From contig OZ245006.1 of NCBI GenBank assembly GCA_965223545.1, positions 2,176,001 to 2,240,000 on the forward strand: DNA of 64,000 nt, in the 5' to 3' direction. Source of the DNA: Planctomycetota bacterium. Lineage in GTDB: Bacteria > Planctomycetota > UBA1135 > UBA2386. Under the pieces are notes generated by a model. It was given only the letters and a program-made list of their open reading frames with translations. It was not told the origin of the DNA and ran no database searches. The translations under genes and the position numbers were made by a program. Shown piece by piece: positions 36,888 through 47,400 of this stretch (its first letter is position 1; every line of letters begins with the position of its first letter).

Positions 36888-38012
36888 TCACTGCTGCGGT
36901 GGCTGACCGCGCACCTGCGCCAACGAGTAGAACGTGCCCCGCCAAACCGTTCCCCCCCGCCGCAGCGCGGCCAACGTGCTGTCGAGCAGTAAGACACCGA
37001 CGACCAGCGGCCCCAGTGGCGCCCACAGTGCGTAACCGAGCGGCCACCCGTAGTGACGAGCGACGCTGCCGCCCGTGACCACCATCGAGGCCAGCGCGCC
37101 GGCGGCCGCCCAACCCGCCGGCGTCACCGACCAGCCGGCGTGTACCGTCGCCAGCCAGGCGCCAACCGCTGCCGCTCCCGCCGGCAGCGTCAGCCAGGCC
37201 CGGCCGTCCGCCACCGCGAAGAAGTTCTTGCGCAGCGCGCGGAAGGCGCCACCCAACGTGGTGAACCACTCCACCGAGAAGTCATTCACCGCGCTGCGCA
37301 TCAGCGCGCGTCCGCCGGCCCGCCAAATCCGGCGGGCCAGCGCGACGTCCTCGACAACCGCGTTGCCGACGGCCGCGTGGCCCCCCAGCTCGCGCCATGC
37401 CGATGTGCGGACCAGCATGAACGCGCCCACCCCCATCGCGTCGCGGCCGGCGTCGACCCGGCCCGCGTGACCGAACATGGCTGCACACAGCGGCACCGCG
37501 GCGATGGCGCCCGACCAGCGCATGCCACGCAGCTGTGGCACCAGCGTCAGCAGATCGGCGGCGGCTTGCTCGGCAACGGCCAGGGCGCGCGCCACCGCCG
37601 TCGGCGACAGCCACGTGTCGTCGTCGACGAACAGCAGCCACTCGGAGTCGGCGTTCTCGGCGCCGCGTTGACAGGCGTGCGGTTTGCCCAACCAGCCGAC
37701 CGGTAGTGCCTCGATCCGTTGCACTTCGAAGCGCGGGTCGCGGGCCGCCCACGCCGCGGCGATCTCAGCGGTCCGGTCGGTGGAACGGTCGTCGACGACG
37801 GTGACACGCAGGTCGACGGCTTGCTGCGCGTGCAGCGAACGCAGGGTTTCGTCCAGCGCCCGCGCGCCATCGCGGACCGGCACCACCACACGGACGCGGC
37901 CGGACGGTAGCCGCTCGAGCGGCGGCAGGGGCCGTAGCACGCGGCGGCCACGCCACGCCGCCAGCACGACGCTCAGCCAGAGGGCCGCGAGCAACCATGG
38001 ATACCATTGCAC
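36888..38012 (-). CDS. Glycosyltransferase family 2 (carotenoid/hopanoid-type)
   Basis: VVDDRSTDRT, GWLGKPHAC, LLFVDDD, VEDVALA and C-terminal TM helices. Confidence 0.85.
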   Translation of the reverse strand: MQWYPWLLAALWLSVVLAAWRGRRVLRPLPPLERLPSGRVRVVVPVRDGARALDETLRSLHAQQAVDLRVTVVDDRSTDRTAEIAAAWAARDPRFEVQRIEALPVGWLGKPHACQRGAENADSEWLLFVDDDTWLSPTAVARALAVAEQAAADLLTLVPQLRGMRWSGAIAAVPLCAAMFGHAGRVDAGRDAMGVGAFMLVRTSAWRELGGHAAVGNAVVEDVALARRIWRAGGRALMRSAVNDFSVEWFTTLGGAFRALRKNFFAVADGRAWLTLPAGAAAVGAWLATVHAGWSVTPAGWAAAGALASMVVTGGSVARHYGWPLGYALWAPLGPLVVGVLLLDSTLAALRRGGTVWRGTFYSLAQVRGQPPQQ

Positions 38013-38104
38013 CGGACTTGTCTTGCGGCCACCGGCCGGAGCCCGCATCGGAACCGAACACCGCGACGTTGCCAAGCGGACACTCATGCGGCCTACTGAG
38101 CGGG

Positions 38105-38944
38105 GTGCCCGAGCTTCCCGAAGTCGAGACGGTTCGCCGCGGCCTGGACCGCAGCGTGCGCGGCCGATCGGTCGTCGCCAGCACGTTGACGCGCCGCGAC
38201 TTGCGCTGGCCGATCCCGGTGCGGGCAGTCCGCGGACTCACGGGCCGCCGCCTCACGCACGTCGACCGCCGGTCGAAGTACCTGCTACTCCACTTCTCTG
38301 GCGATGCCGCGCCGGTTGCCCTCGTGCATCTCGGGATGAGCGGCCGCTTGTGGGTCGATCCGGTGCGCCGCCGGCAGCGCCGCCCGGCCTTCGAGCTGCA
38401 CGAGCACTGGCGGGTCGACTTCGGCGACCGCTGCATGCGCTTCGTCGACCCAAGACGCTTCGGCTGTCTCGATATCGTCACCACCCCCCGCCTGCACCAC
38501 CACCGGCTGCTCGCCGACCTGGGTCCCGAGCCATTCGCCGCCGAGTTCAACGCCGACGCGGTCTACGCCGACACCCGGCGTCGACGGGTCGCCTGCAAGA
38601 CCTACCTGATGGACGCACGCCGCGTGGTCGGCGTCGGCAACATCTACGCCAGCGAGGCGTGCTTCCGCGCCGGCCTGCGCCCCGGCCGCGGCGTCCACCG
38701 CACGAGCCGCGCCGATTGCGCCCGCCTGGTCGACGCGGTGCGCTCCGTACTGCGCGACGCGATCCGGCAAGGAGGCACCACCCTGCGCGACTACACCGGC
38801 GTCGACCGCAACGCCGGCGAGTTCCAACAACAGCTATCCGTCTACGGCCGCGCCGGCGAGCCCTGCGACCACTGTGGCACGCCGATCACCGCGATCACGC
38901 AGCACGGCCGCTCCAGCTACTACTGTCCGCACTGCCAATACTGA
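38105..38944 (+). CDS. mutM: Formamidopyrimidine-DNA glycosylase
   Basis: N-terminal PELPEVE, HLGMSG, DPRRFG, LGPEP, GVGNIYASE and the zinc finger CDHC..CPHCQ. Confidence 0.96.
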   Translation: MPELPEVETVRRGLDRSVRGRSVVASTLTRRDLRWPIPVRAVRGLTGRRLTHVDRRSKYLLLHFSGDAAPVALVHLGMSGRLWVDPVRRRQRRPAFELHEHWRVDFGDRCMRFVDPRRFGCLDIVTTPRLHHHRLLADLGPEPFAAEFNADAVYADTRRRRVACKTYLMDARRVVGVGNIYASEACFRAGLRPGRGVHRTSRADCARLVDAVRSVLRDAIRQGGTTLRDYTGVDRNAGEFQQQLSVYGRAGEPCDHCGTPITAITQHGRSSYYCPHCQY

Positions 38945-39062
38945 CCGGGCTTTCCGGCGAAGTTGAACGTACGGAGCCAGGCTCCGACTCATCACCCGGC
39001 GGAGCCGGGTGATGAGTCGGAGCCTGGCTCCGTACGTTCAACTTCGCCGGAAAGCGCGGTCA
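38942..39062. repeat. Long perfect palindrome (REPIN-like REP doublet)
   Basis: 52-bp perfect arms at 38949-39000 and 39004-39055 with loop GGA. Pairing extends with one mismatch to both flanking stop codons. Each arm holds GTAC-GGAGCCAGGCTCC. Confidence 0.92.
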
Positions 39063-40826
39063 CTTCAGCGCGGCGCGGAGGCCGGAAGCGCGCTCGATGT
39101 GCCGGGGTACGGCGTCGCGCAGGACTTGCTCGGTGCCGGCGATTCGTACTACCGCGCGCGCGCGGGTGACGCCGGTGTAGATCAGCTCGCGGGTCAGGAC
39201 CGGCGAGGGTCGTTCGGGGAGCAGTAGCGCGACTTCGTCGAACTCGGAGCCCTGGCTCTTGTGCACGGTCATGGCGTACACGGTCTCGTGTGGGGGCAGC
39301 CGCGCCGGCAGCACACCGCGAAGCTCGCCTTGCTCGCCGCGGAACCAGGCCTTGAGGCGCCCGCTCTCGTCGGGCGCGACCACACCCGCGTCACCGTTGA
39401 ACAGCTGCAGCTGGTAGTCGTTGCGGGTGATCAGCACCGGCCGTCCCGGATACCACTCGCTAGTGGCGTCCACGACTCCCGCGGCTGCCAGCTCGGCTTC
39501 GATCAAGGCGTTGGTCGCGTCCACGCCACGTTCGCCCGAGCGATGCACACACAAGACGCGGAATCGCTCCAGGGCGCGCAGCAACTCCTCGGGGTCGCGC
39601 TCGGCCAGGGCGGCGAAACCGCGCGTGGCCAACGCTCGCAGCCAGTCCCGCAGCGCGGCCTCGCCGGCATCCGCCAACCACTCCACCGCCTCGTCGCCGC
39701 GGCCGAGCTCGTCGACGACCGCGCCGGCATCCGCGCGGTTGATCGCCGAAGCCAGCCGTCCGATCGCGCCGGAGTCCCGGTAGCGAAAGCTGTGCGTCAG
39801 CTCCGCGACGGAGTCGCCGAGCCCTCCACTGCAGAGGTCGCCGAGGATCGCACCGGCCTCCACCGAAGCCAGCTGATCCTTGTCACCCAGGAGCAGCAGA
39901 CGCGCGTTCTTCGGCACCGCGTCGACCAGCTTGGCCATCAACGCGATATCGACCATGGAGGCCTCGTCGCAGACGACCGCGTCCGTCGGCAACGGTCGCG
40001 CCGCGTCGTGGCGAAAGCGCGTCGGCTGCCCCGGGAGGTAGCCGAGAGCGCGGTGGATCGTCGAGGCTTGATGCGGGATCGCGCGGCGGACGTCGGCATC
40101 CGCGTCGAGACGCTCGAGCTGGCCACGGATCGACTCGCTCAGCCGTTGCGCGGCCTTCCCCGTCGGCGCGACCAGATGAATCCGCAGCCACTCTCCACCG
40201 GCGGCGCGGGCCTGCTCCTGCAACAGGGCTAGGACCTTGACCACCGTCGTCGTCTTGCCGGTGCCGGGCCCACCCGAGATCACCGCAAACGGCCGCTCGA
40301 CCGCCAACCGTGCCGCCGCGCGCTGCGTCCGCTCGCCGGCGCCATCGGTCGCGAACAACCGGTCCAACCCAAGGGTCAACAACCGTTCGTCGATGCGAGC
40401 CATCCGCGCCATGCGCGGCCGCAAGCCAGCGACCAGGCGCGCCTGGTAGCGCCAATAGCGGAACAGGTACAGTCGCTGGCCTTCCTCGAGCACCAGCGGC
40501 CGGCGTTCGCCGACGTCGGCGCCGACGTCGACCGTGGTGACCAGTCCACTGTCCTGCAACAGCGCCACCCACTCTTCGAGCGGAGGCAGGTCGAGCGCGA
40601 CGTCGACGCCGGTCTCGGTCGCCAACCACGGCGCCTCGGCCAAGCGCTCCAGGTCGACGCAGACATGACCGCGCTGCACTGCGCGGCTGGCGAGCGCGGC
40701 CGCCAAGAGCACGAGCGACGAGTCGTCGCCACCTCCCGCGCGGGCCAGGCTCGCCGCCAGGTGGCGGTCCAGCGGCCGCAGCACGCCGGCGTGCATCAGC
40801 GCATCGATTCCGCCGAGCGCGCTCAT
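39060..40826 (-). CDS. recD: Exodeoxyribonuclease V alpha subunit
   Basis: GHVC, ISGGPGTGKTT, APTGKAA, DEASM, GDKDQLASVEAG and AMTVHKSQGSEF. Confidence 0.95.
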   Translation of the reverse strand: MSALGGIDALMHAGVLRPLDRHLAASLARAGGGDDSSLVLLAAALASRAVQRGHVCVDLERLAEAPWLATETGVDVALDLPPLEEWVALLQDSGLVTTVDVGADVGERRPLVLEEGQRLYLFRYWRYQARLVAGLRPRMARMARIDERLLTLGLDRLFATDGAGERTQRAAARLAVERPFAVISGGPGTGKTTTVVKVLALLQEQARAAGGEWLRIHLVAPTGKAAQRLSESIRGQLERLDADADVRRAIPHQASTIHRALGYLPGQPTRFRHDAARPLPTDAVVCDEASMVDIALMAKLVDAVPKNARLLLLGDKDQLASVEAGAILGDLCSGGLGDSVAELTHSFRYRDSGAIGRLASAINRADAGAVVDELGRGDEAVEWLADAGEAALRDWLRALATRGFAALAERDPEELLRALERFRVLCVHRSGERGVDATNALIEAELAAAGVVDATSEWYPGRPVLITRNDYQLQLFNGDAGVVAPDESGRLKAWFRGEQGELRGVLPARLPPHETVYAMTVHKSQGSEFDEVALLLPERPSPVLTRELIYTGVTRARAVVRIAGTEQVLRDAVPRHIERASGLRAALK

Positions 40827-43800
40827 CGCTGCTCCCCGAGCGCACCGGTCGACAGCAGAGTGGCCAGCGCTTCGATCCTGGGCCGCGGCGGCAGCTCGAA
40901 GAACACTCCGGCGCCCGGTACCCGTGGCGACATCCCCCGCAGGAACGCGAACAGAACGCCACCGAAATGCTCCTCGTAGCGGTAGTCGGCGCGGCGCTGC
41001 GTCAGATAGCGGTGCACGGCCACGGCGTACAGGTGGTACTGCAGGAAGTAGTCCCCGTGCCGCATCGCCGCCTCGAGCCCGGCGCCCTGATAGTCGCTCG
41101 CGACTCGGCCCAAGTAGTTGGTCTTGTAGTCGAGCACGTAGTAGCGACCGCCGTGTTCGAAGACGAGATCCACGAACCCCTTCAGGAAACCGTGCAGCGG
41201 AGCGAACCGCACCCCGGCGAGGTAGTCCACCCATTCTTCCGGCAGCTCCGCGCTGGGGTGTGCCCGCAGCGCCGCCGCCAAGTCCGCCGGCGTCACCCGG
41301 TACTCGTTGTTCGCCACCGGCAGCTGGAACTCCAACTCGTTGAGCCGCGCCGAGGCCCGGACGTCGGCCAGCCGCACGGACCCCGTGGCGACCGGCATCT
41401 CGGAGCCGAGGATCTCGGTCAGCGCACGCTGCACGATCTCGGTCCACTCCGCGTCGAACCCGTGTGCCGCGAGCTTCTCCTGGATCAGTGGACGATGCGT
41501 CGCCGCGGCCGCCTGGAACTCCACGTGCTCGAGCAAGTCGTGGAAGAAGTTGCCGGCACGCGCGCCGCGCGGAAACTCGGCCAGGGTGACCGGCTCGCCG
41601 GCGGCAACGGGCTCGGCGGGACGCGCGGCCGCATCCGCCGGCGAGCGATCGTCGCGCTCGCGAGCATCTTCTGGGTGCACCACCGCCTGGCCGACGAGCT
41701 GCGAGAAGCTCGCGATCCGCCAGCTGCGGTCGAGCATGCGACCGAAGGTCCGCGCCGAGAGCGGCGGCGACGGCAGCTTCACCGCCGGCAACACCGCCGG
41801 CGCCAGCGCCCGCGCCGCGCGGCTGATGCCGATGGCGCCGTCCGACGCATCACGCAGCGCGGTCAAGCGGTTCCACAACGCAGAATCATCGGCCTTGCGC
41901 ATGCACTCGTGCAACGCCGAGACCTCGTGCCCCGGCGGCGGGTCGTCGCCCGAGTGCAGTAGGTAGGCCAGTGCCGAAGTGTCGAAGTTGTAGAACCCAC
42001 CCCACAGCACGACACAGCGGTGCCGGGCCCGCGTCAGCGCGACGTAGAGCAAGCGCACGTTCTCGGCGAGGCTCTCGCGCCGCGCCGCCGTCAGCGCGAC
42101 GCCGTCGTCCGCCCGCTGCGGATCGACGTCGACCCGCACCGCGGCATCGTCCGGGTCGTGATAGACGACGGCACGCCGATCGTCGGGGTGCAGCAACCAG
42201 CCATCCCACAGGTAGGGGCAGAACACGACCTCGTACTCCAACCCCTTCGCGCGGTGCACCGTGGTGATCCGCACGGCCCGCGCATCGCTTTCCAGCCGAA
42301 TCTGCGCCACTTCTGCCGCGTATCCCTGCTGCGCGCGCTGCTCTTGCAACCAGTGCAGCAGTCCGCGGATGCCGAGATGCTGGCCGGTCGCGGCGGTATG
42401 CAGCAGCTCGGTGAGATGCAGCAGGTTGGTCAGGCGTCGCTCGCCGTCGACCAGGCCCAACAGCCGCCGCTGGACTCCACCGGTCGCCAACAGGCCTCGC
42501 ATCATCTGCACGAAGCCGCGCTCGACCCAGTCCGTGTGCAACGCGCGGAACCCGTGCACCCAGCGCTCCCAGTCATCGCCGCCCTCCTCCATCGCCTGCA
42601 GCGCGCCCGCAGTGACGCCGAGCAACTCGGTGGTCAGCGCCGCGCGCAGGGCGCTGCCGTTGACCGGCTCGGCGACAGCGGCGAGAACGCGCTGCAGATC
42701 GGCGGCTTCGGCGGTCTCGAACACACTGCGGTCACCGAGCACGACCGACGGGATCCTCGCGCTGCGCAGCGCATCCTGCACCGCGAACGCCTGCTTGTTG
42801 GTGCGCGTCAGGACCGCGACATCGCCGGCCCCGAGCCGCCGGCCGGCGATCGTCGCGCGCCGCAGCAGATCGGCGATCTCGCTCGCGACCAACGCCGGAA
42901 TGCCGACCTCGGCCCACGCCGCGCTGATGCGCCGCTGGCCGCGGAACGACGCATCGGTCTCGTCGCGCGGCACGAACTGCAACTGCAGCGGCTCGCTCGG
43001 CCGGCCGTCGATCTCGAGCTGGTCGCGTGCCCCCGGCCGCGCGCTAACGTCGACGTAGTCGATCTCGGCGAAGAGGAACGGCCGCGTCGACTGCCGGAAG
43101 ACCCGGTTGACGGCCTCGACCAGAGTCGGTGCCGACCGCCAGTTGTGGCGCATCGTGTAGCGCCGCGTCGCATCCGTGTCCGCGACTGCCTCGAGATAGG
43201 CGAACACGTCCGCACCGCGAAACGAGTAGATCGCCTGCTTGGGATCACCGACCAAGAACAAGCGCGTGCCCGACTGCCCGTAGAGGCGATGGAACACTTC
43301 GTACTGCACTGGATCGGTATCCTGGAACTCGTCCACCAACGCCACCGGGTAGCGCTGGGCGACGGCGCGCTGCAGCGCGCCGCCCGCGGCACCGCGCAGA
43401 GCGTCCCGCACCACGAGGAGGAGATCGTCGAACGACAGCACGCCGCGCTCCTCCTTGCGCCGCGGCAGCTCGCGGCGGGCGTAGTCGACCAGCTCGTGCT
43501 GAAACCGGATCGCCTCCGCGCGGGCGGACCCCGCCGCCCGCGCGGCCGCCACTGCCAGCGCGTCGCATGCGGCAAAGAAGGGGTGGCGCACCGGCGCCGG
43601 CGCGCGCGCAGTGGTCGCCGCATCGATGCTGCTCTGCCGCAGTCGATGAAACGCCGCGTCCGCCGGCGGCGGCAATCGCGGCGCCGCCAAGAACTCGCCG
43701 ACCGCGGCGCACAGCTGCGGCATCCGGTCCTCGCGGTAGGAACGTCGGTTGAGGGCGCCCGATGTCAGCAGCTCCAGCACCGCCTCCGCATCCCACGCTG

Positions 43801-44470
43801 CCCGCGCTTCGTCCAGAGCCAACTCCAAGCCAGGCCGCCAGTCGGCCTCCGACTCGGCCGCGGGAGGCGGCACCAAGACGAGGTCCGGATCCTGGTCCAC
43901 TCGCCGGACGATGGCCTCCAACGTCGCCAGCTGCACGCCTTGCCGGACCAGCGAGGTGGCGGCCGCCTCATCGCCGGCGGACATGCGCCGCACCCAGAAG
44001 TCGCCGGCGATCTGACGCCACAGCCCGCGCGGGTCAGTCATCAATTCGTGCTCGAACAGCACGCCGCTGTCGAACGCGCTGTCGTGCAGCACGCGATAGC
44101 AGAAGCCGTGGATCGTCGAGATCGGTGCCAGGTCGACACTGCGCAGCGCCGCTTCGAGCCGGGCCACGGCGCCGCGCCGATCGGCACAGCGCTGCAACAG
44201 GACCTCCAGCACATGGTCGCCGCCGGGGTCGCCGCTCTGGAACACGGCCAGCGCACCGACCAGCCGGTCGCGGACCCGGTCGCGCAGCTCCGCCGTCGCC
44301 GCTTCGGTGAAGGTCACCACCAGCGCGCGCTCGATGCCGAGCTCTGCCTCCAACAGCAGCCGCAACATCAGGGTCGTGATGGCATAGGTCTTGCCGGTGC
44401 CCGCACTGGCCTCGACGAGGACGCGGCCATCGAGCGGCACTTCCAGCGCATCGAAGGCGTGCATCGCCAT
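40823..44470 (-). CDS. recB: Exodeoxyribonuclease V beta subunit
   Basis: EASAGTGKT, VTFTEAAT, DEFQDTD, GDPKQAIY, LYVALTRA and the nuclease motif GFVDLVF...DYKTN. Confidence 0.95.
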   Translation of the reverse strand: MAMHAFDALEVPLDGRVLVEASAGTGKTYAITTLMLRLLLEAELGIERALVVTFTEAATAELRDRVRDRLVGALAVFQSGDPGGDHVLEVLLQRCADRRGAVARLEAALRSVDLAPISTIHGFCYRVLHDSAFDSGVLFEHELMTDPRGLWRQIAGDFWVRRMSAGDEAAATSLVRQGVQLATLEAIVRRVDQDPDLVLVPPPAAESEADWRPGLELALDEARAAWDAEAVLELLTSGALNRRSYREDRMPQLCAAVGEFLAAPRLPPPADAAFHRLRQSSIDAATTARAPAPVRHPFFAACDALAVAAARAAGSARAEAIRFQHELVDYARRELPRRKEERGVLSFDDLLLVVRDALRGAAGGALQRAVAQRYPVALVDEFQDTDPVQYEVFHRLYGQSGTRLFLVGDPKQAIYSFRGADVFAYLEAVADTDATRRYTMRHNWRSAPTLVEAVNRVFRQSTRPFLFAEIDYVDVSARPGARDQLEIDGRPSEPLQLQFVPRDETDASFRGQRRISAAWAEVGIPALVASEIADLLRRATIAGRRLGAGDVAVLTRTNKQAFAVQDALRSARIPSVVLGDRSVFETAEAADLQRVLAAVAEPVNGSALRAALTTELLGVTAGALQAMEEGGDDWERWVHGFRALHTDWVERGFVQMMRGLLATGGVQRRLLGLVDGERRLTNLLHLTELLHTAATGQHLGIRGLLHWLQEQRAQQGYAAEVAQIRLESDARAVRITTVHRAKGLEYEVVFCPYLWDGWLLHPDDRRAVVYHDPDDAAVRVDVDPQRADDGVALTAARRESLAENVRLLYVALTRARHRCVVLWGGFYNFDTSALAYLLHSGDDPPPGHEVSALHECMRKADDSALWNRLTALRDASDGAIGISRAARALAPAVLPAVKLPSPPLSARTFGRMLDRSWRIASFSQLVGQAVVHPEDARERDDRSPADAAARPAEPVAAGEPVTLAEFPRGARAGNFFHDLLEHVEFQAAAATHRPLIQEKLAAHGFDAEWTEIVQRALTEILGSEMPVATGSVRLADVRASARLNELEFQLPVANNEYRVTPADLAAALRAHPSAELPEEWVDYLAGVRFAPLHGFLKGFVDLVFEHGGRYYVLDYKTNYLGRVASDYQGAGLEAAMRHGDYFLQYHLYAVAVHRYLTQRRADYRYEEHFGGVLFAFLRGMSPRVPGAGVFFELPPRPRIEALATLLSTGALGEQR

Positions 44471-47400
44471 CAGGCCCGTTCCTCGGTGTAGTGCAGCATC
44501 GGGCCGCAGACGGTGCACGCGACCTCGGCAAACGTCGGTCCGACCGTCACGACGTCGTCGAACGGCGGCTTCGACCTGCCGAAGACTCGCTCGGTGTGCT
44601 CGTCGTAGCGCTGCTCGTCGTAGCCGCGCCGCTGCCATCGGCCAGCGACCAGGCGGAGGGCCGGCTCGAGCTCGGTGCCGCGCGCCATTCGGTGGATCAG
44701 ATCGAGGCTGGTGGACGGCACCAGAAGCAGGGGAGCCCGCTGTCCCATCCGATACAGCTCGACCAGCTCGAGCAATCGCTCCAGCGGCGCCTCCACCGCC
44801 GAGAAGTGCCGTGTCACCACTTGCTCGTCGCCGTCCTTGCGCCCACCGCTCGGCACCCGACCGACCAGGCTCGTGCGTGGCGCGACTCCGGGCGGCCCCA
44901 CCGCGCAGAGCACGACGTGCCGGATCCATGCGCCCAGCTCGGCCTTGGCCGACACGCGCGAGAACTGGCAGTGCACCAGGCCGGTCGGCCCGACTCCCGG
45001 CAGCATGCCCACGATGCGGGTGCCGTCGGGCAACGCCAGCCGGACGGGGTGCACTCCATCGCCAGGCCCACCGGCGGCCTGCACCGCCGCGACGATTTCC
45101 TCTGCGTTGCGCAGGACGTCCTCGTGGGCGAGCATCCCCGCCGCGCCGGGCGGCAGGGCGCCGCGCGCCCGCTCGAGCTCCAGGAGCGCCGCGGCCGGCA
45201 GACCGGCGAGCCGGTGGTTCAACAGTCGATTGCCGATCGAGTAGGTCTCCAGCGGCTCCAGCTCCAGCGGCACCTCGTCGCTGTGCTGCACCGTGTCGTC
45301 ACGGAGATAGACGCGCAACGCCCGGTTGAGCAAGAACGCCGCCGGGTTGCGAAAGAACCGCACCAGCTCGTCCAGCTCGATCTCCGCGGCAGGCTCTTCC
45401 TCCGCCAACGGCGCGGTGAACAGCTGCACGCCTGCAGCTTCGCCGGCGTCGCCTTGCTCGACCCCGGCGAGCAGCGAGTCTTCGTAGCTGAACAGCTCCG
45501 GCTGGCTGCCATCGAAGTAGGCGCGGCTGAACGGCTGCAACGGATGCCGGACCACCAGCACCCGCCGCAGCGAAGGATCGCCGTGCGCGTCGCAGACTGC
45601 ATCGAGAAGCTCGGCAACCACCACGGACGGCGGCAGAATGCGGTTGTCGCGAATGCTCTGCCCCGTGTAGGTGATGAGCACCGCGTCGCGCGCCGACAAC
45701 AGCGCTTCCAAGAACAGGTAGCGGTCGTCACTGCGCCGCGACCGATCGCCCGGCCGGCGCTTGCCGCGCACGGTCAGATCGAACTCGACGGCGCGATCCT
45801 GCCGCGGAAACGCGCCGTCGTTCATGCCGAGCATGCACACCACGCGGAACGGAATGCTGCGCATCGGCAAGAACGCGCAGAACGTCACGCCGCCGCCGAG
45901 GAAGCCGCGCTCGGCGTGCGCCTCGTCGAGACGGGGCTGCAACAACCCGGCCAACACGGCAACATCCACCGGCTCGCCGAAGCCGGCGTCGGCGGCCTCC
46001 GCCGCGATCATCGCCATCGCGTCGCGAATCCGGTGGCACTCGGCCTCGCGGTCGCCATCGACGCCGATCATCTGCACGAGCAAGTCATTGACGGCTTCGA
46101 CCCATTCGGCGACCGTGCGGCGGCGCGCAAGACGCTCCAGCCACCCGAACAGCACGGCGGCGTACTCCGCCAGCCGACCGAGCAGATCGGCGTCATGCCC
46201 CTCGATCTCATCGAAGGGCAGCACGTCGCCCAGCATGCCGCTTCCATCACCCGGCATCGCGTAGCCGAGCAGCATGCGGTCGAGGCCGCGCTGCCACGTG
46301 TTGTCGTCGCACCTCGGATGGCCATGCCGAACCCGGTGGTCGGCATCGATTCCCCACCGCACCGCGCTCTCGCTCAGCCAGCGCGCGACGGCATCGAGTT
46401 CTGCCGGCGCCATGCGGAAGCGCTGGTGCACGGGCGCGAGCCGCAGCAAGTCGAGGATCTCCGAAACCGGAGCGCGGCCGTTGACCATGGCGAACACGCG
46501 CAACACCGCATCGACCACCGGACTCTCGCTGCGCACCGTGCGATCGGCGATGCGCATCGGGATTCGAGCGCGGTCTTCCCGGTCGAAGACGGCCTCCACG
46601 AGAGGCGCGTAGGCCTCGACGTCGGCCATCATCACGACGATGTCGCGCGGCTGCAGAGTTGGATCGGTATCCAACAACGCCAGCAGCTGGTCACGCAACA
46701 CCTCTACTTCGCGCATGGGCCCATGGCACGAGTGCACGCGAATCGACCGATCGCTCGGGTCGACCGCGATCGGCTGCGGCTTCGGGTCGGCGAACGGCAG
46801 CAGGGGATGATCGGCCGCGCGGCGCGGCCGCCGTCGCGGCTTCGTCTCCTCGAACCGATCCGGTCGCGCCGCGGTCGGTACGCGCAGGTGCAAGAGGTCG
46901 CCTTGTAGCCGCGCCAACAGCCCGTTCGAGCCGGGCTCGACGAAGGCCTCGTGCCGCTGTTCGTCGAGTCGCGCGACCTCCACACCATCCATCAACGCCG
47001 CCGCGAACTCGGCACCCACCCCGCCCATCGACGCCAACAGCGGGTGACCGAGATCGACGTGCAGATCGGCGGGATCGCTGCCGGCGCGCAGCACTCGGGC
47101 AGCTTGTTGCGGTGACAGCAGGTCTCCCCAGAACTCCGCCGTCGGCGCCAGCTGGAACAGGTGCACGTCGGTCCGGTGCGCCAGATTGAGCAGCGCGCGC
47201 AAGAACAACGGCGCCACTGCCGAGACGCCGAACACGCTGACCCGAGCGGGCAACCCATCCAGGGGGCCACGCCCGAGCAACGCGGCCTCCAACGCGGGCT
47301 CCTGCCCTGCGATGTGCTCGCTGCCGAGCCGGGCGACCACCGCGCGCCACAGCGGCGGCTGCCAGGCGAGCTCGCGACCCGAAACGCCGGGAGTGTCCTC

